Assembly: GCF_009914755.1 (NCBI RefSeq)
Contig: NC_060925.1
Source of the DNA: the human T2T-CHM13v2.0 reference genome, Homo sapiens
Direction: 5' to 3' (one strand)
DNA: 64,000 bases
Below are positions 24,825-40,920 of the stretch, one piece after another. Both the position numbers and the translations under genes were made by a program. The notes under the pieces are model-generated. The model did not search any database. It was not told the DNA's origin and saw nothing but the letters and a program-made list of their open reading frames with translations. The first letter of the stretch is position 1, and each line of letters starts with the position of its first letter.

Positions 24825-26656
24825 CTATAATAAAAAGGGACAAAAGAGGGTTGCGTGTTTACCATAAGCATCAATAAAGAGCATTGTGTGTATATCTGTG
24901 TGTGTGTCTATAAGAGAGAGAGACAAAAACAAAGAGACCAGAGACAGAAATCAAAAACATATTCCTCTTTCAGTCATTTTCCTCCCTTTCTGCTGATTGT
25001 TGAATGGAAGGACTCATGAGAAAAAATTGTGAGACCAACTTATTGTTAAAACAGCTCTCAAACAGCATCTGATGTTTCTCCCATTAAAATGGGGAGGGGG
25101 TTCCACATATAGTTCGTGAGGCAGAGCACAATGTTTCCAATAGCTAAGATATATATTATCTCATTCCAGGATCCTAGACCTCCTGCAGAAACAAAACTAT
25201 TTAATTTTCTTTAACCTAGCATTTTTCAACCGTATTTAACTAAGGAGTCCTTTTTATAGGGCACCTATTAACACACTTTAAAAATGCTACTCCCAAGAGT
25301 GGCTTCATTATTTTAACAGTAGGCGATACATATACAAACCATTTGTTTATGTTGTAGCTAACAAGTATGCAAATTAACATAGTTGAACAATTAGCAAATT
25401 AGATAATTATGCTTTTGTACTTCTACTTGCAAAATTATTAGTTTATTTAATTAAGACACCTGTCTTAAACGGAAGTGTTACACGTGGAAGTATTGAATTA
25501 ACATGGCTTGCTGGTAGATATATGAGATTTGTTCAGCAATTAAAAGTATGTGTAGAAATGAAAACACATTTTGTTTACTAGTGTTCATAAGCAAGGCAGA
25601 GACTCCTTATTTAGTTAATCCTGTGAATTAAAAAAAATCCAAAATATAACTTGTGCTTTTGCTCACCACTGTTTTTCCGCAAAGACGTTTTTCAGAGCAA
25701 TCTTTAATCCTAACCACATAGATTATGACTATTTTTATAAAAAGATGGCCCCACTCGTGGTGTCTCTTTATTGATGAAACCTTCAATCGCTCAGAGAATA
25801 CATTATTGCTTTAAGGTGCCAATTTTGATGACAGCTTTCATCATTCAAACACAAATTTTAATATACATGTTTCCATAATTTCCCTCCCCAGTAGAAAATT
25901 TAAAGAATTAAAAGATCAACAAGCCAGGATGGAGCAAAGACCAGTTCTTTGCTTTGACACCTCCCACTTGCCCTTAGTTCCTAGGGCTGTCTCTAAGTCT
26001 TCATTCCAGCAACGACCCAGGCATCTCCGTGGGCTACTGAATCCTGTCTGCCATGCTTCTACATGAAAATATTCATCCACTTGGCACCGTCATCTTAGCT
26101 CATGGCCAAAGAAGACAGCAAGCCAACGAACTAATATACACACATGTGTGACCATCTCATGCCAAATTCAGCTCTCTCTAATTTCAAAACCCTCTCGTGT
26201 CAGAACCTCCTGCTTTCTCTCATTCCTGCCCCTGCGATTGTCATTTCCTGTTAAATCTCCCAGATCATGACCTACGTTCTGAGTTTACTTTCTTTTAAGA
26301 AGTTATTTCTCCTTCCACCAAATGGCTTAAAAGCAAGCTAACATTATCACATGCACATCTTCATAATGGAGTAGTGGGGAAATGGGCACCCATGCTCAAG
26401 CCAGATTGCTGGCTCCAAATGCCAAATCTGCTGCCGATTGGCCATATGTACATGGGCAAGTTGTTCAGACTTCTGTGCCTTAGTTTCCTAGTCTGTAAAC
26501 AGATAATAATAATCTCGGTCTTGAAGGAAAGGCCTTGCAGGCCTCACATGTGAGATGGGGATAATATAGTACTTACCTCAAAGGGTTAGTATTAAGACTG
26601 AACAAGTTCAGGACTTTAGAATACTTACATGGAGTATTGCCAGTCAAGAGCTCTAG

Positions 26657-27249
<593 letters not shown>

Positions 27250-30200
27250 GGCCGACGCTTTGTATCTTTTAAAGATCAGCAGTGATCCCTTAAATACCAA
27301 ATCAAATAGCCCTTCCTCAGTCCTTATCCTCCCTCAACTTCCTTCTGTGACATTGAACTTTTTAGTTGTTCTCCTAAACTACCGAGAACTCCTTTGTTTC
27401 CTTTACTGACTCATGTTCCTCTCACAGTCTCTTAAATAGCTTTTGTTTCTCAAGATTGGGTTGTTGTCAAGCTTCTTTCTTTTTCTAAACACTCGCCTTT
27501 GCTAGCTTATTAAGCCTTATCTTTCAGTGATCACATTTGTATCTACAGACTTCACATCTCTCCCAAGCCCTGGTTCTGGGTTTCTATCTGCAGGCCATGT
27601 AACCACACCTGGATGTCCCACTGGTATTTCATACTCAACGTGCCCCAACCAAGAATCAACATTCTAAATAATTATGTAAGCTTCATTTTTCCATTTTGTA
27701 ATGCCTCCACCACGATACCCAAATTCCAGGCTCAAAACTAAAGTTATCATCATAAAATGTGTTTTAGCCATTCTATCTTTAGCAAATCTTTGGCATTTGC
27801 CATGTCTTTCCTATTGCCAAGTTGGAAACTACCGTAAGATTCTAAATAAGATGACTTGCATGGCTGAATTAGTATAACGCCATGCTAACAAGAAATGAAT
27901 CAGCCCCCAGAGAATAAGACTTTTAATCCTAATGTCAATAAGGAAAAGCATGTTGGAATATGAGGCTAGTTTCCCTTTATCATCACTTAACCTATGGGGC
28001 ATATGTGAAAAGCAGCACCCTTCATAGATGAGCATGCTTCAGCTGAGGCATAGGAACACCATGCCCAAAAAGAAACAATGCTGATATACAGGTTGGTTAT
28101 CTGCAATCATTAGCATGAAGATGTGTTGTACATTCAGGAAGTATTATCATTGAGAAATATAAAAGCAGCTCTATGATTGTACAATTTTACAGCCTGGCTT
28201 TATAAAATTCCTTATACTAAGACATTTCTTTCCAAATCATAACTAGAGTGCAATGTTGAAATTTTAATTGTTACATCAAGTTATAAGGAAGGGTATTCTA
28301 TAGACTTTCAGAGGGATTGTATCAAACCAGATCCTGAGTTCACAACTCACTAAGTGATCTTTAGTGTTTTATTTAATGTTTCTTGTCTTCACTAAAGGAG
28401 TTACGTTGTGTATAACATGTGTATAGTGAGAGTCTTTTATTAATTTTAGCCACTCCTTATTTTAAGGACCTTAAAAGCAAGCACTGCTCATCTCAGCAAA
28501 CTTGCTTCTTCAGCTTTGATTTGGTAGAGATCTTTACCAAATTGTATTGTATTTCATAGAAAAACCCTGAGACTCTTAAAGAAAGATGCTGGAGAGAAAC
28601 TAGATCATCTTTCAAGCCATTTATCAAAGTGCTCACATTTCCCATTTCAAGCCCGGTGAAACAATAATAAGCCCTGAGAAATGAGAGCTGAAAAATAGAA
28701 AACAAAGGAAAAAAAAAAAAAAGAAAGAAAAAGAAGAAAGCTGATGTTTTGGTTCTTGCCAACTTTGGATCAAAGATGGAAGGTTTTAGATGGCTTGTAA
28801 ATCACACTTTCAAAAAATGTGCTGCATTTTCTAAGGCTGGAGTGCCATTTCTTTTCTATTTCCAGTAGGGAATCTTGTTCATCATGCTGTGTGTCAGAGA
28901 CAAAGTTTGTCAAACCAACTGATAATTTTCCTTAAAGGCAGTTAGAATTACCTACTTCAGGAAGAAGAACACTATAATGGTTCACTGTGCTTTCTCCTCC
29001 TGTCAGGTTAAAAATTAAGGGTTATGCAAGGGCAAGGGGCTGGTCAAATATGTGGTCTTCATTCACTTGGAATCAAGACAAGGTCATTTTATTGTTGGAG
29101 ACACGTGGTTTATCTCCTTTGATTCTCAGTAAGTAGTGTTCACCAGGATGGATTCAAGTTGAAAAGTTGTGCCATGGCCAAAGAAAGAGAGTAACACATT
29201 CTCTCCAAGACTATGTAGATTGTGGATATATCCTTTGAGATCATTGAGTGGTTATCCTAATGGCTTTGCTTTAAGTGTCAGGGTTCTACTTAGATTAGGT
29301 ACTCTCTGGAAAATACAGTGTTACTCTGAAGATATATCATCAAAAAGCATTTATCAATGTTTCCGCTATATGCGTCTGGAAAAGGTGCTATAGAATACAA
29401 CTGATTTTTACAAGGTTTCTAACATAAGAAAATATTGGAACTAGAAGAATTCTTACAGTAACAGATTGATACATAAAGAAGAATGTTTGCATACGGGCCA
29501 AGTAGACAATGACATTTATAAGATTCAGACTTACCAGTTCAAGATAATAGGAAGCCTAAATTTAATTTAAATATATATTTTGGTATTATATTAAAAAGAA
29601 TACTGGGAAATAGAGAAATGACATATCTAAAGGAATCCTAGACAGAAAGCCCAAAAATAGAAAATGCGGTAGTTGCCTTTTATGATACTTGTGACACTTG
29701 GGGTTTTTATACTGAAGAAGTATATCCTGAAAGGGAGAACTTTAAAATTGGTTTGGTTGTGAATCTCTTTGTTTGGGACACATCCCAGAGAAGTCTTTTT
29801 TTTTTTTTTTTTTTGAGAGTGTCCCTATTACAAGGCAGGCCAGATGACCTCGCAAACTGCCTTTCAGCCACAAACTCTGTGAAATCAGAAAATGGTCCCA
29901 ATCATGTCAGGAAACCTGCTAGTCCCTCTAGGTAATGGAAGAGGGCAAGCTGAAGAAACATTCAATAAGCATAAAGTAAGCATTATTGATGTCTTAAAAG
30001 TGTTAGTATCCCATGAAACACAGGAGCGTGGGTATCCGGATTAAAATCATTGGCACCAGCAGGACCATAACTCTCACTGCTAAGCGATAATGCATTTTGC
30101 ATTAATGCCTAACATTGAGAAATCCTGACATGCCACACCAAGGGAGTTTGAAGTCAAGTAAGTAGATTCCCTTTGAATTGAAGTCCTGTGGGCCACAGTG

Positions 30201-33122
30201 GGTGCAGAAAGCCCAAGCTGAAAGATCAGGGGGCAGGGACTTGATTTAAGGGAAGGAAACTCATCACCGTAGATAGGTTAAGAGGCCTACTGCATATGGC
30301 TCCAAACTCTGTGCACTCAGGGTTTCCACTTAACAGAGGGGAAGAGCATTGGCCTAGAGAACTTGCAACTTAGAAGTCCTTCACAGTGATTTGGGAATTC
30401 CTTGAACACAGAGGGCATAGCCTTTTACTGCTTTCCTTATCCTCTATCCCAGCAGCTATTAGTATGGTTTACCAAAAGTTAGCACTTGACGGGTGACTGA
30501 AAATTAAGATTTTGCAGACTGTTAGCTCCACTCGGCTATTTCTCTCACTATAGGAGAGCCTGACTCCCACCACGCCCCTTCCAGGGAACAAGCAAAGTGA
30601 CAGACATTGTTTCTTTTGACTGATACATTATTATCTCCAACACTCTCTTTCCTTTGCTGTAACCTCAAGTTTCAAAGGAGCCAAAGAAAAATATTAATAA
30701 TTGGAGGCAGCCTGACGACCTAAGACAAAATCATTGTGGAGCTGACACCAGCTCTGCAAGCTTTTGCACCTCTAATGGGACACCGTATGCTGAGAAGCAG
30801 CAAAACAACAGAGGAGTCTGCTTTCACGTTGAAATTTTATGATTAACTCCTCTGACTAAATGCAGACAAGTATAAATGCTCTGCCTGGAAACCGAGCCTA
30901 AGACACAAAGCAAAATGGATCCTTTTTAAAGCCGAGCATATTTCAGAGAAGAAAAAAGGACTCCGTTTCTACTTACATACTTCAGCAGACTCCTCCTCCC
31001 TCCCCCACCCCACCCCCAGCTGCCAACCAAGGTGTTTGGCCGGCATCCACTGTAATCTGTTCTCCTTCATTATGTTAATCTGTGGGCGGAAAGATTTCTG
31101 TCATCTTCGAATCGCTTGTACAGCAATGGTAAACACCTTGGCCTGTCTGTAATTGGACAGGTGTCTGCATTGATGTCACCCAGCTTTTAATTCAATTAAA
31201 GAACTGGCTGCTCTGCTCTCATCACCCACTCATTTCCGTTGCACTTTTAGTCTGGCGGTGAAATCTGCATGCAGCAACTGTCTACCCTGAGTCCAAAGTC
31301 AGGGGTCCCCTTGTAAGGATCATGCACAATATTTCAAATGGACTCCAACAATCCAAGAGTATTTCCACGTTAGCAAAGGCATTTGGGATAACATGGAGAA
31401 TTTATCTCTCATTTTTTTTTCTTTATCTTTATATTCTACTGCATCTAAATGATATCTTCTACTACTGGCCAGTAATTAGGAGCAGTCACAGCAAACAGAA
31501 AAGCTGTTTCTAGCTTCCTCTCCCCAGGGTTTTCCCCCATCTCAAGAGAACTCATCAGAGTACAATGCTCTTATTTATTTGCTGGCATTTCACATTTGGA
31601 TCAAGAAAGTGAGGGTGGGCAAGAGCAAGACATTTATTAAGAGGGCCATCTGGTAAGGGATGCCACACAGGCAGAGCTGCTACTGCTACCTGGAGACATA
31701 ATGGAAGAGCCCACTTTTTAAAAGAAAACTGGCTAGGGGAAGGAGGGCAGAAGAAGAGACTTCTGGCTGAGGATCCCGCTGCAGTGCTGATAAAATCTAA
31801 TTTTTAAGTATACATCCCAAACCAACCCAGTGGATGGATTAAAGAGAGTAATCAATCCAATATGCCATGCTTCCTGACCACTTAAAGGAACCTCTGAAAA
31901 TAAAGTTCTAACACAGACATTTTGACACAGTGATCCCATGAAACTGAATAATGACATTTGTTAAATATGGATGAAAACTTAACTATCTAATAGAGATCTG
32001 GAAACATATCCAGGATGCTTCTCCTCTGGTTCTTAGCCCAGGAGGGTGGGATTTGTTATTGTTGTTTTTGGATAATATTTTCAATAAAAATAAGGACTTC
32101 TAATATTTACAAAGGGAAAGTCAATTTGCATTTTACCCAAAAGGTGGAACAATAAATACACTTAACCCAAACCTAAGGTAATCCCTTGGAAACTTCAAAA
32201 CTAATTTTTCTTACATTTAATTTCCTTCAAATGGGTTTTTTGACCTTGTTTAAAACTTTTGGTAGAGAGCATAGAATATCATATACCTATCAAAGACTAT
32301 GCAGATGTTGATTCTTACAAACAGGAAAAACATTATTCTTTATTTCTTTATAAAATATGTGGTCTAATCCCAGTCTTAGAGGACGGTTTAAACAGTGATT
32401 TTAATTGACCTCAAAGTATTATCCAGTTAAGATTCTCTCAGCAGGTTTACATCTAACCTCAAATTTTTAATCAATGCCTTTGTGGTAAGAACTACAGAGT
32501 CTTTGCCATTTTTATTCTAATTTGCCAATAAGTTTGAAGCCACGTGCTTGTGTTAACTCTTTACCTTACATAAAGGTCTCACACTGAAATTACTGAAACT
32601 CTTCAAGAAAACACTGGACCTGACTAAGCAGAGAGACAGGCAAGGAGACAAGAGGAAAAGAAAAGAAAGAGAAATGAAAGTCATCCCTTATGATCAGTGT
32701 CCAAGGTCCCCTGCTACAAGCCTCTGATATTGTTATTCCATTGTACAGAGGAGGCTGCTTTTGGAGTGAGTGTACTGTATGGTGCTCAAGTCCAGACAGC
32801 TAAAAAGCAGTAGAGCCAATATTAGAACCTGTATTCTGACCCCAAGATCATTACTCCTCCCATTTGACCTAAGCTCCAGTTCCACAAACAAGAAAAAAGT
32901 GTTGAAAAATGGTAATTAAAAACAATAATAGCACACTTTTTACTATAAAATATCTTATTTAAAATGCACCTTAAAATGTGTTAAGAGGTTCAAATTTATT
33001 ACTGACACCTATTGCTTACAAACAGAAATTAGAAGTCTTGTCCTCCAAAATGAGCAAGTTTGTATGCCTGTAATATTCCTTTACAAAAATGACTGATTTA
33101 TAAGAAATTCTATGTGTGCATT

Positions 33123-33155
<33 letters not shown>

Positions 33156-33733
33156 TTGGGTTCAATATTGGACCTTTGTTTATTATACATATAACCCTTT
33201 TAATTTGTTCCAAATATAACACAAATATAAAATGATCATAAAAGGTAGAAAACAGAAAAGTCTGGCTGTGCATTCTTCTTCTTTATCAACTATGATTGAT
33301 AACCTTGAAGTATTTGTATTGAATGTTTATAAGCATTGTGGACATGCCTAGTTGATTATCACTGTAGAACAAAAGTTATATATTTTCATCATTTTTAACT
33401 ACGGCTCAACATGTTACCAAAAAGAAATGCAAATCCTTTGGTGTCAATTCTTATTGCATAAAATAAAATGAAAAACTTTTTTTTTTAAAAAACAACTCTC
33501 TCTGAAGATTTCACAATGTACCAGTAGTTCAGGCACATTATGTATTCAGGAGAGTTAGACAAAGCTATTAACTCATCAACACTGCATTACCTAATGAAAT
33601 CTTTCTACATTAGCTAAGCAGGAACATTACATCATTTCTATTTTTACTATTTATGTCATAGGCCATATTTTCGTCCTGTGAATTTTTTCAGACCAGTTTC
33701 TTTCAAGATTTACATTTAAAGAAATATTTTGTA

Positions 33734-34070
<337 letters not shown>

Positions 34071-34159
34071 TTAATTTATGGTCTACTATAAAAACTGGCT
34101 TTTATCTTTAATAACACCAACAAAAAGAATTACTTTTTATTTACTTCTGACGATTTCCT

Positions 34160-34630
34160 ATTGTGGCAAAGATTACTAATTGCTCCTTATTATGTATTAT
34201 ACTCCTTTTCCTCAGTAAAATAAAAACACTTTTTACCTGGGCAAGTGGCTACTTGGAATAAAGACAGCATTTTTCAACATTCCCTGAAGCTAGGTACAGC
34301 CATGTGACTAAGTTCTGGCCACGCAAGATAACCAGAGGTGGAGGAACAACTTCTAAAATATGTCTTTAAAGTGAATGTGAGTATTCTTTAACCATTATTT
34401 CTTCCTGTTGGGTGAAAATCAGACTGGATGGCAGGAGCTCAAGCAGTCATCTTGAACTATGAGGTAGAAGCCTTGTCCATAAGGATGACACAGCAAAAAG
34501 ATGAAGTGTGTGGGTCTCGCCTATGAACATCCCGCCTCTGCATTGACTTACTGTGGACACCTATTACCAGTGAGAGAAAAACTTCATCGCTATTATTTTA
34601 GGTTCTCAGTATCTCAAGTGAAATAATGAA
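34160..34630 (+). mobile_element. Old MaLR LTR (MLT1J/K-like)
   Basis: GCCATGTGACTAAGTTCTGGCC and GGCAGGAGCTCAAGCAGTCATCTTG motifs. Confidence 0.6.
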
Positions 34631-37600
34631 TTAAAAATGATAAACCCATCTCTGTTAGGTTTTCCCTATAAAACTTTCATTGTCTACATAATCTTATACT
34701 TCAGAGAGAGTGCTTGGGCTATATTTTAGTGTTATAAAAATCATGTTACAATGATAGGGCCTAGCACTAGCATGGAACGTGGTAGATCACTTTTTTAAAT
34801 AAATGAATATTTTCTGTTCTTTATAATTATCAGCATTGCAGCAGTATTGGCTTCCATTATTTTTCATTTCAAATATGTAGTGGTTGGGTTCTATTCTGAG
34901 GTCTAAGTTTTGGAATTAGTCTTTATTAGTTATTTATTAGTCTTACCCTACCAACATATTTTTTTTCTATTGGGAAATGTGTATTAAGTTCCAAATATAC
35001 ATTTAAGTTGTGATAGCTCTGTGCATTCTTCTATAAAATTAAAGAACTGTTGATAAAAGACTGAGGAGACTTTAGTAAGGACTAGTAGTTCAATACTCAG
35101 TCCAACTCAGCACAAAAAAATATTAACATTAGGTTAACTATGGGGTTAGTAGCAGAAAGCTACATTTGCTAATTGAAAGATTCCTTCATTCATTCTTTTA
35201 AGATAAGTATATTAATCACTTACCTTGAGCAAGGTAGTGAACGAGGCTTAAAATAAATATGAAACATGAAACTTGTCCTCCAGGAGCTTATTGTCTATTG
35301 AAGAAATAGCATGGGTGCACAGAGAGTACCATAGGCAGTTTTAGCAACTATGGAGTAAGAACTTTCAGTTGAATAGAAAAAAAAATTTCACGGCGTTGAA
35401 TTACAGTCATTTCTCTGCAGACTTCTCAGGTAAGTATGGTTACATATATATAGAGAGAATACATATATATAGAGAGAGCATATTTATATAATATATGAAC
35501 GTACATAACATACACATATACATACATATACAGAGTAGCATTTTAATTTAATTTAATCTTACTGATGATACTCTGCATAGCTGAGTTTAAGTTCCAAAAT
35601 CAGGCATAAGGCAAAAATAACGTGATTTAAAGTTCCCTTGACAACTCTTTATATGGCCCATAAAGTATAGTACATTTGGTTTTGTGTATGCCTCTAACTC
35701 TTCAGAAATCAATGATTCTTCAGGGCTCTGAAGTCTTCATTCTTTTTGTAGACACCCAAACAATGAGTATCACTTCTTTGTCAATGACTGGGAAACCCTA
35801 AAATTATTCAAACATTCTTTCCAGCTAACAGATGTTGACATTTTCCATACTGGATAGCATCCTTTGCCTATGACACTATTTTTATAGGTTTTTGTTTTGT
35901 TTAATTTTTGCTTTTTTACTTTTTCCTCCATCCCTTACCCATTTCCAAAATATGTAGTTGAATGTTTGTAACTTAAATGCATGCAGGCAAGGCTCTACCA
36001 AGACATTGCAATGATAATTCCTACATTGAATTATACTGCTCTCACTTTTATATGAACCTAAGGGGCATCTTGTAATTGAGAATTGGGTTTTGTTTTATTT
36101 TACTGTTTTTTCTTTGTTGTTGTTGTTGTTGTTTTCCATTTCCCATATAAATAGTGAGCTCCTTGCCTTTCTATATGGGGCATGACAGAGTGGGAGGGGG
36201 CTGGTTGGAAATGCAGAATCTAACACCATATTCCCAGACCTAGTGAATCAGAATCCATGTTATCAAGATCCCCAATTCTTACTTTCTTTCTTCTGGGAAT
36301 TTTCAGAAGTTCAGGAGTCCTACTGGGGTTCAGGGGTCCTACTGACACTGCCTCTCTTTCTTCACTTGCCTTGGCATTTTTCTGGCAGCAAAGCTAACAC
36401 AGTCAGAACCAGAAGCAGGAATAAAGCAGGGATAGTTGCAAGCCTAGCAGGTGAAAGTATTCCAGTCTAAGCTGACCACTCCTCTACACTAGTGTCTTTC
36501 AATATGTGGTTCATAAACCTTCCAAAAATACAATTGGAGCATTAGGTAAAATGCAAATTGCTAAATACTAGCCCAGATGTACAGAATCATGTGTGAGTGA
36601 CCCCCAAATCTGCATTTTATAAGTAATCTGAGAATCACCTTATGACCAGTAGAATTGAGAGTCACTAATTATTACAGTAGCCATGTAAAAGAGGCAAAAA
36701 TTAGAGATAGATTTTCAGTATGAAACCCACTTCATTCAGGTAAAAAAATTAAGTCCATTGTATGTAAAGACTGAAACAATTTTAGTGGCAAAAGCTATAT
36801 TATTATTTGTGTTATAAATTAAAATGTCTTTTTCTTTACATAAATGTAGATATATGTGAGTCATCTGGAAGATTATTCTTATCATTATTGATTCATTTGC
36901 CAAACTATAGCAAATAGTAAGAAATATTACTATTATTTATCATTTTACCTGAAGAAGCAATATAACCCCTAGACTTCAGCTCAATGTAATGCAACAATAA
37001 AATTGAGAAAATATTTTGTATACACCAATTATATCTGTAACACTTGATGCCAGGTGCTGTAGTAATTATGCTGATAATTAAGTTTACATGTTTAAACACC
37101 TTACGGAAAAAATAATTCGTATATGTGCGAAGTCTTGAATCCATTCATTCTTGAAATAATTTCAAATCAAATTATGAAGTCAGTTTCTGAGCAGTCCTCA
37201 GTTTGAGGGGAAACGCCAGTCCTGTCTCTCTGGGCTGCAGCTTTGCATGTTAACAGGGCTGCAGGAAAAATCAGCAAAAGCTACCCAGAGTTAATTGGAG
37301 CCCTTTCAACAAATCTAAAGATACACAGGAGTGATAACTGAAGGGTTTTCTACCCTGAGGCTCTGGCTGAGGGAATGAACCTTAAAGAACTCCTTGCTCT
37401 GAACCTTGGCCTTGGGAGGGCACAGAATCTAGACCCTGTGGCCCAAAGGGGCCCATTTGCTCCTGAGCGGGCCTGTTAACCCTTGGACTCTCCATTGCAA
37501 CTGGGATTTATCTCATTTAATCCTCTGATAGACAAATTCATGAATGGTAAATATTCTGCTTCACTATTCTGTTTTCTTCAGTTATCTTAGTTGATATTCA

Positions 37601-37869
37601 TTTTTAATAATTTTCTTTGCTTTTACCTTCTGCTTTTTGTAAGTCTGAACATAAAATCCCACTTCCCAATAACTATTACACTTAATTTTTGTCATCTTAT
37701 GATATTCCTTTGCTAGTATTTTCTATTTACTTTTAATAGCTTATTATTTTTTATATACATTTAGTTTTTTATTTCCTAACATTTTTGAGTTTCAGTGGGG
37801 AAATGAAAGTTATAAGAATATCTGGATAAAATTTAAATGTGATCACTGGTGACAAACTCCTCCTTTAAA

Positions 37870-38050
37870 TAGAGTTTCCCTGTGCTGGCTGTACAGCAGA
37901 ATTACCTGAGATAATTTAAAAGTACAAATGTCCAGGCCACATTCCAGGCCAATTTAATCAGACATTTTGCATGTGGGGCACACAGCCATCAGTATATTTT
38001 TTAAAGCTCCCCAGTTGACTCAGTATACAGCTATAGTTTTGAACTACCAC
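37870..38050. mobile_element. MER5-type hAT MITE
   Basis: GCAGAATTACCTGAGA...AAAGCTCCCCAGTTGACTC...TTTTGAACTACCA. Confidence 0.6.
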
Positions 38051-40072
38051 CTTGTAAGAATCCCAGTGAAATGACCAAAGTTTTATAAATACCTAAAACG
38101 AGACCAGGCAGAGACAATGGACTGTTAGAAGGAAAGTCCTAGGCAAACCCAAACTTAAACTGGAAGCAAAATGCCAGCAAGCTCTCAGCACTCCTACTCT
38201 ACCAAACACTGGGAAGAAAGAAGCTGAAACGGTAGGGTGGCTGCGCGGCTAATGCAAACTTACCCCACTAACCCTGTCATCATCTTAGCAAAGGCTTTTA
38301 TTAACAGCAACTGGATGCCCAGTAAGATGATTTGAAAACAGTTTAATTTTCCCATGCAAACACCCAGTCAGAAGGTTATATTAGAGATGAGCCAACTAAA
38401 CTATGGAGTTGAGTTTGGGGGAGGACATTTAGCTGATGGAAAAATTGTAACTTGAAAGAAGGATAAGGATATAGCCCTCAAATTATGGAAGATTGTCATA
38501 TTCTGGGGACGATTTAATTCAAGAAACTTGTAAAATTTAAAAATCACGAGTTGCATGCCATTAATTAGATCTAAAATAACTTGGAATCCACTAAGTAAGA
38601 GACAGAAGGTAAGCAGTAAACAAGAGATGAAGACAAAAATTGAGAATTTCAAGAGGCAGGCAGAAATCAAAGCAAGCTAGATGAGGAAAAAGGCAGATCA
38701 TATCAAAGACTGAACTAGAAGAATTAAAAATCATCTTAGAAGTTTCAAAGAGCAGAATCAACAGTGCAAAAATCAGAAAATGGAAATAAAAACAATTATG
38801 GGACAATAACCCAGAAATCAGAAACTGTAATTCAGAGATTATAAAGGTAACTATGAATTCATTGAACACTCACTATGTGCCTGTTTCTGAGCAAAATATT
38901 TTACATAACTCATTTTAATCTTTATAGCAGTTCCATAATATAAATAAGGTTTTCATCCCCAATTTATGAATGAGGAAACTCCAATGTAAGGATATGTTTT
39001 TAAATTTGTCTGAGATCACACAGCTAAAAAGTGGCATAGGCGGAATTTGACCTTAGATTGATTTGACTCTACAAGCCGTGTTCTGAACTACTAAAATGAG
39101 GAAGACAACCTAGGAAGAAATATACAATATTGAAAATTGCTATTTCTCACCAGAAGTAATGATCATAAACACAATGGCAAATTTTCCAAGCTGAAGAAAG
39201 ACCCAAATCTGAAGAATAAAAGAGCTTATTATACAACAAAAAATTAATGAAATAAAACAGCACATTTTCTGATTAGCATTTTTTAAACTTAATTGGTAAA
39301 GAACCCTATGCTAACTAATAAAGCGAAATTGCCTTGTACATTCAGTGTCAGAATTATTTTATTTAAATATGACTCTAACAACCAAAATTAACTTAAATAT
39401 TAAAATCTCAACAAAAGTCACCTCAGAAATGCTAAATAAGGGTTATTTTCAAGATCAGTAGCAAAACTGCTCAATAGCAAAACTGTTTATATAGGCTTCA
39501 CCGATTTTTCTCTCTTTTGGTACCTTGGTTTCTCAACCAACTGGCAAAACAGCTGCCTCAAAACAATCTCTGCACCCCTAACGTCTCCACCAAATCCAGC
39601 TTTCTGGCTCTCTGCTTTCTCAGCTCCTTCCATCTCACTTCCTAGTATTCCTTTTGTTTACTGGGAAATTCTCTGACTTTGATAATTATCCAAGCTGGCT
39701 TTGGTGACTCTCAATTCACATTCCCTCCTCATTATCCTGAGTCTTCACAATGAAAAGTCCACCTGGCAATACTGGAGTTCTTCTTAGTCTTTAAGATTAC
39801 CTTCTACCTATGTCCTTGATGACTCAATTTAGCATTGAGAGAAGCAAACTCCTTGAAAGAAAAAAAATCAAAGAATTCATAGTACACATTGGCAAGAAAT
39901 GTAGTGAAAAAATCACTAAAAAACAAGAAATAATAAAACTGGAAAGCATAAAACATGATGGCAGAGAGAAGACCAATTATATCAATTATAAAAACAAGTA
40001 TGAATGAGTGACTCCCGTACTTAAATACAGAGAATCTCAAGTGAAAGATAAAACTAAAACTGCAGAGATATA

Positions 40073-40915
40073 TAGAAGTCTTCACTTAATGTCATTGGAA
40101 TTTTTTGTAAACTATCACTTTTAAGTGAAATGATATACAACAAACCCAATTTTCCCACAGGCTAATTGATGTAAAAAAGAATTAAGATCCTATGGCATAT
40201 TTCTGGTCACAAAACATCACCAAATTTCTATAGACTACTAATATTAAACATTGAAATGAATGTGTGCTATACATGCATTTACAAAAGATTAATCAAAACG
40301 AAATAATGATTTACTCAAGTTTTGGTGAATCAGTGAGTGACAGTGGTGTGGTATATAAATCAAGGAATAAATGCTTTCCAAGTGAACATTGTAAGGAGCA
40401 CCGCCTACCAGCATGAAGTTCAAACCCCAGCAATCACAGACTGGGCAGCTTGCTGAGCCCTGTCATACTGAATTGTTTATTGCTGTGCATCTGTATGATT
40501 ATCATAGACTTTATGAATTTTTATTTTATAATGATTTCTATTTACTCATTCATTTATTTTCCAATCTGCTTATTCCACTTTAGGGTTGTGGGTGGCTGGA
40601 GCCCATCCTGGCAGCTCAGGGCTCAAGGTAGGAATCAGCCCTGGACAGGCCACCATACCATCACAGGGCATACTCATACACACCTGCACTCACTCACTCT
40701 GGGGTCACGTAGACAACTCAATTCACGTAAGGGGAAAACCTTTGGGATGTGGGAGGAAACTGGAGTACCCAGAGAAAACCCACAAAAACATGGGGAAAAT
40801 GTGAAAATTCCATGCAGAGAGTGGCCCTTGCTAGGGATTGTTTTTTTTTTTTTAATTTTCTCATCAAACTTATAAGAAAACAATGTTGAATTAAAGGATG
40901 TTAGCCAAGTTGCTG
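40073..40915 (-). mobile_element. MER6 (TcMar-Tigger), near full length
   Basis: The minus strand reads GGGCCACTCTCTGCATGGAATTTTCACATTTTCCCCATG...GGGTACTCCAGTTTCCTCCCACATCCCAAAG, matching MER6 as I recall it. Confidence 0.85.
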
Positions 40916-40920
40916 CCATG

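Noticed and set aside
26571-26579. Consensus minus-strand donor GAG|GTAAGT in a MIR, and similar donors near 29530, 41047 and 53130
   Set aside because: I found no convincing upstream acceptor for the 26577 site and did not pair the others; decoy donors are abundant in long introns.
40450-40919. Overlapping ORFs of 141, 72 and 81 aa
   Set aside because: They lie within the non-coding MER6 element.
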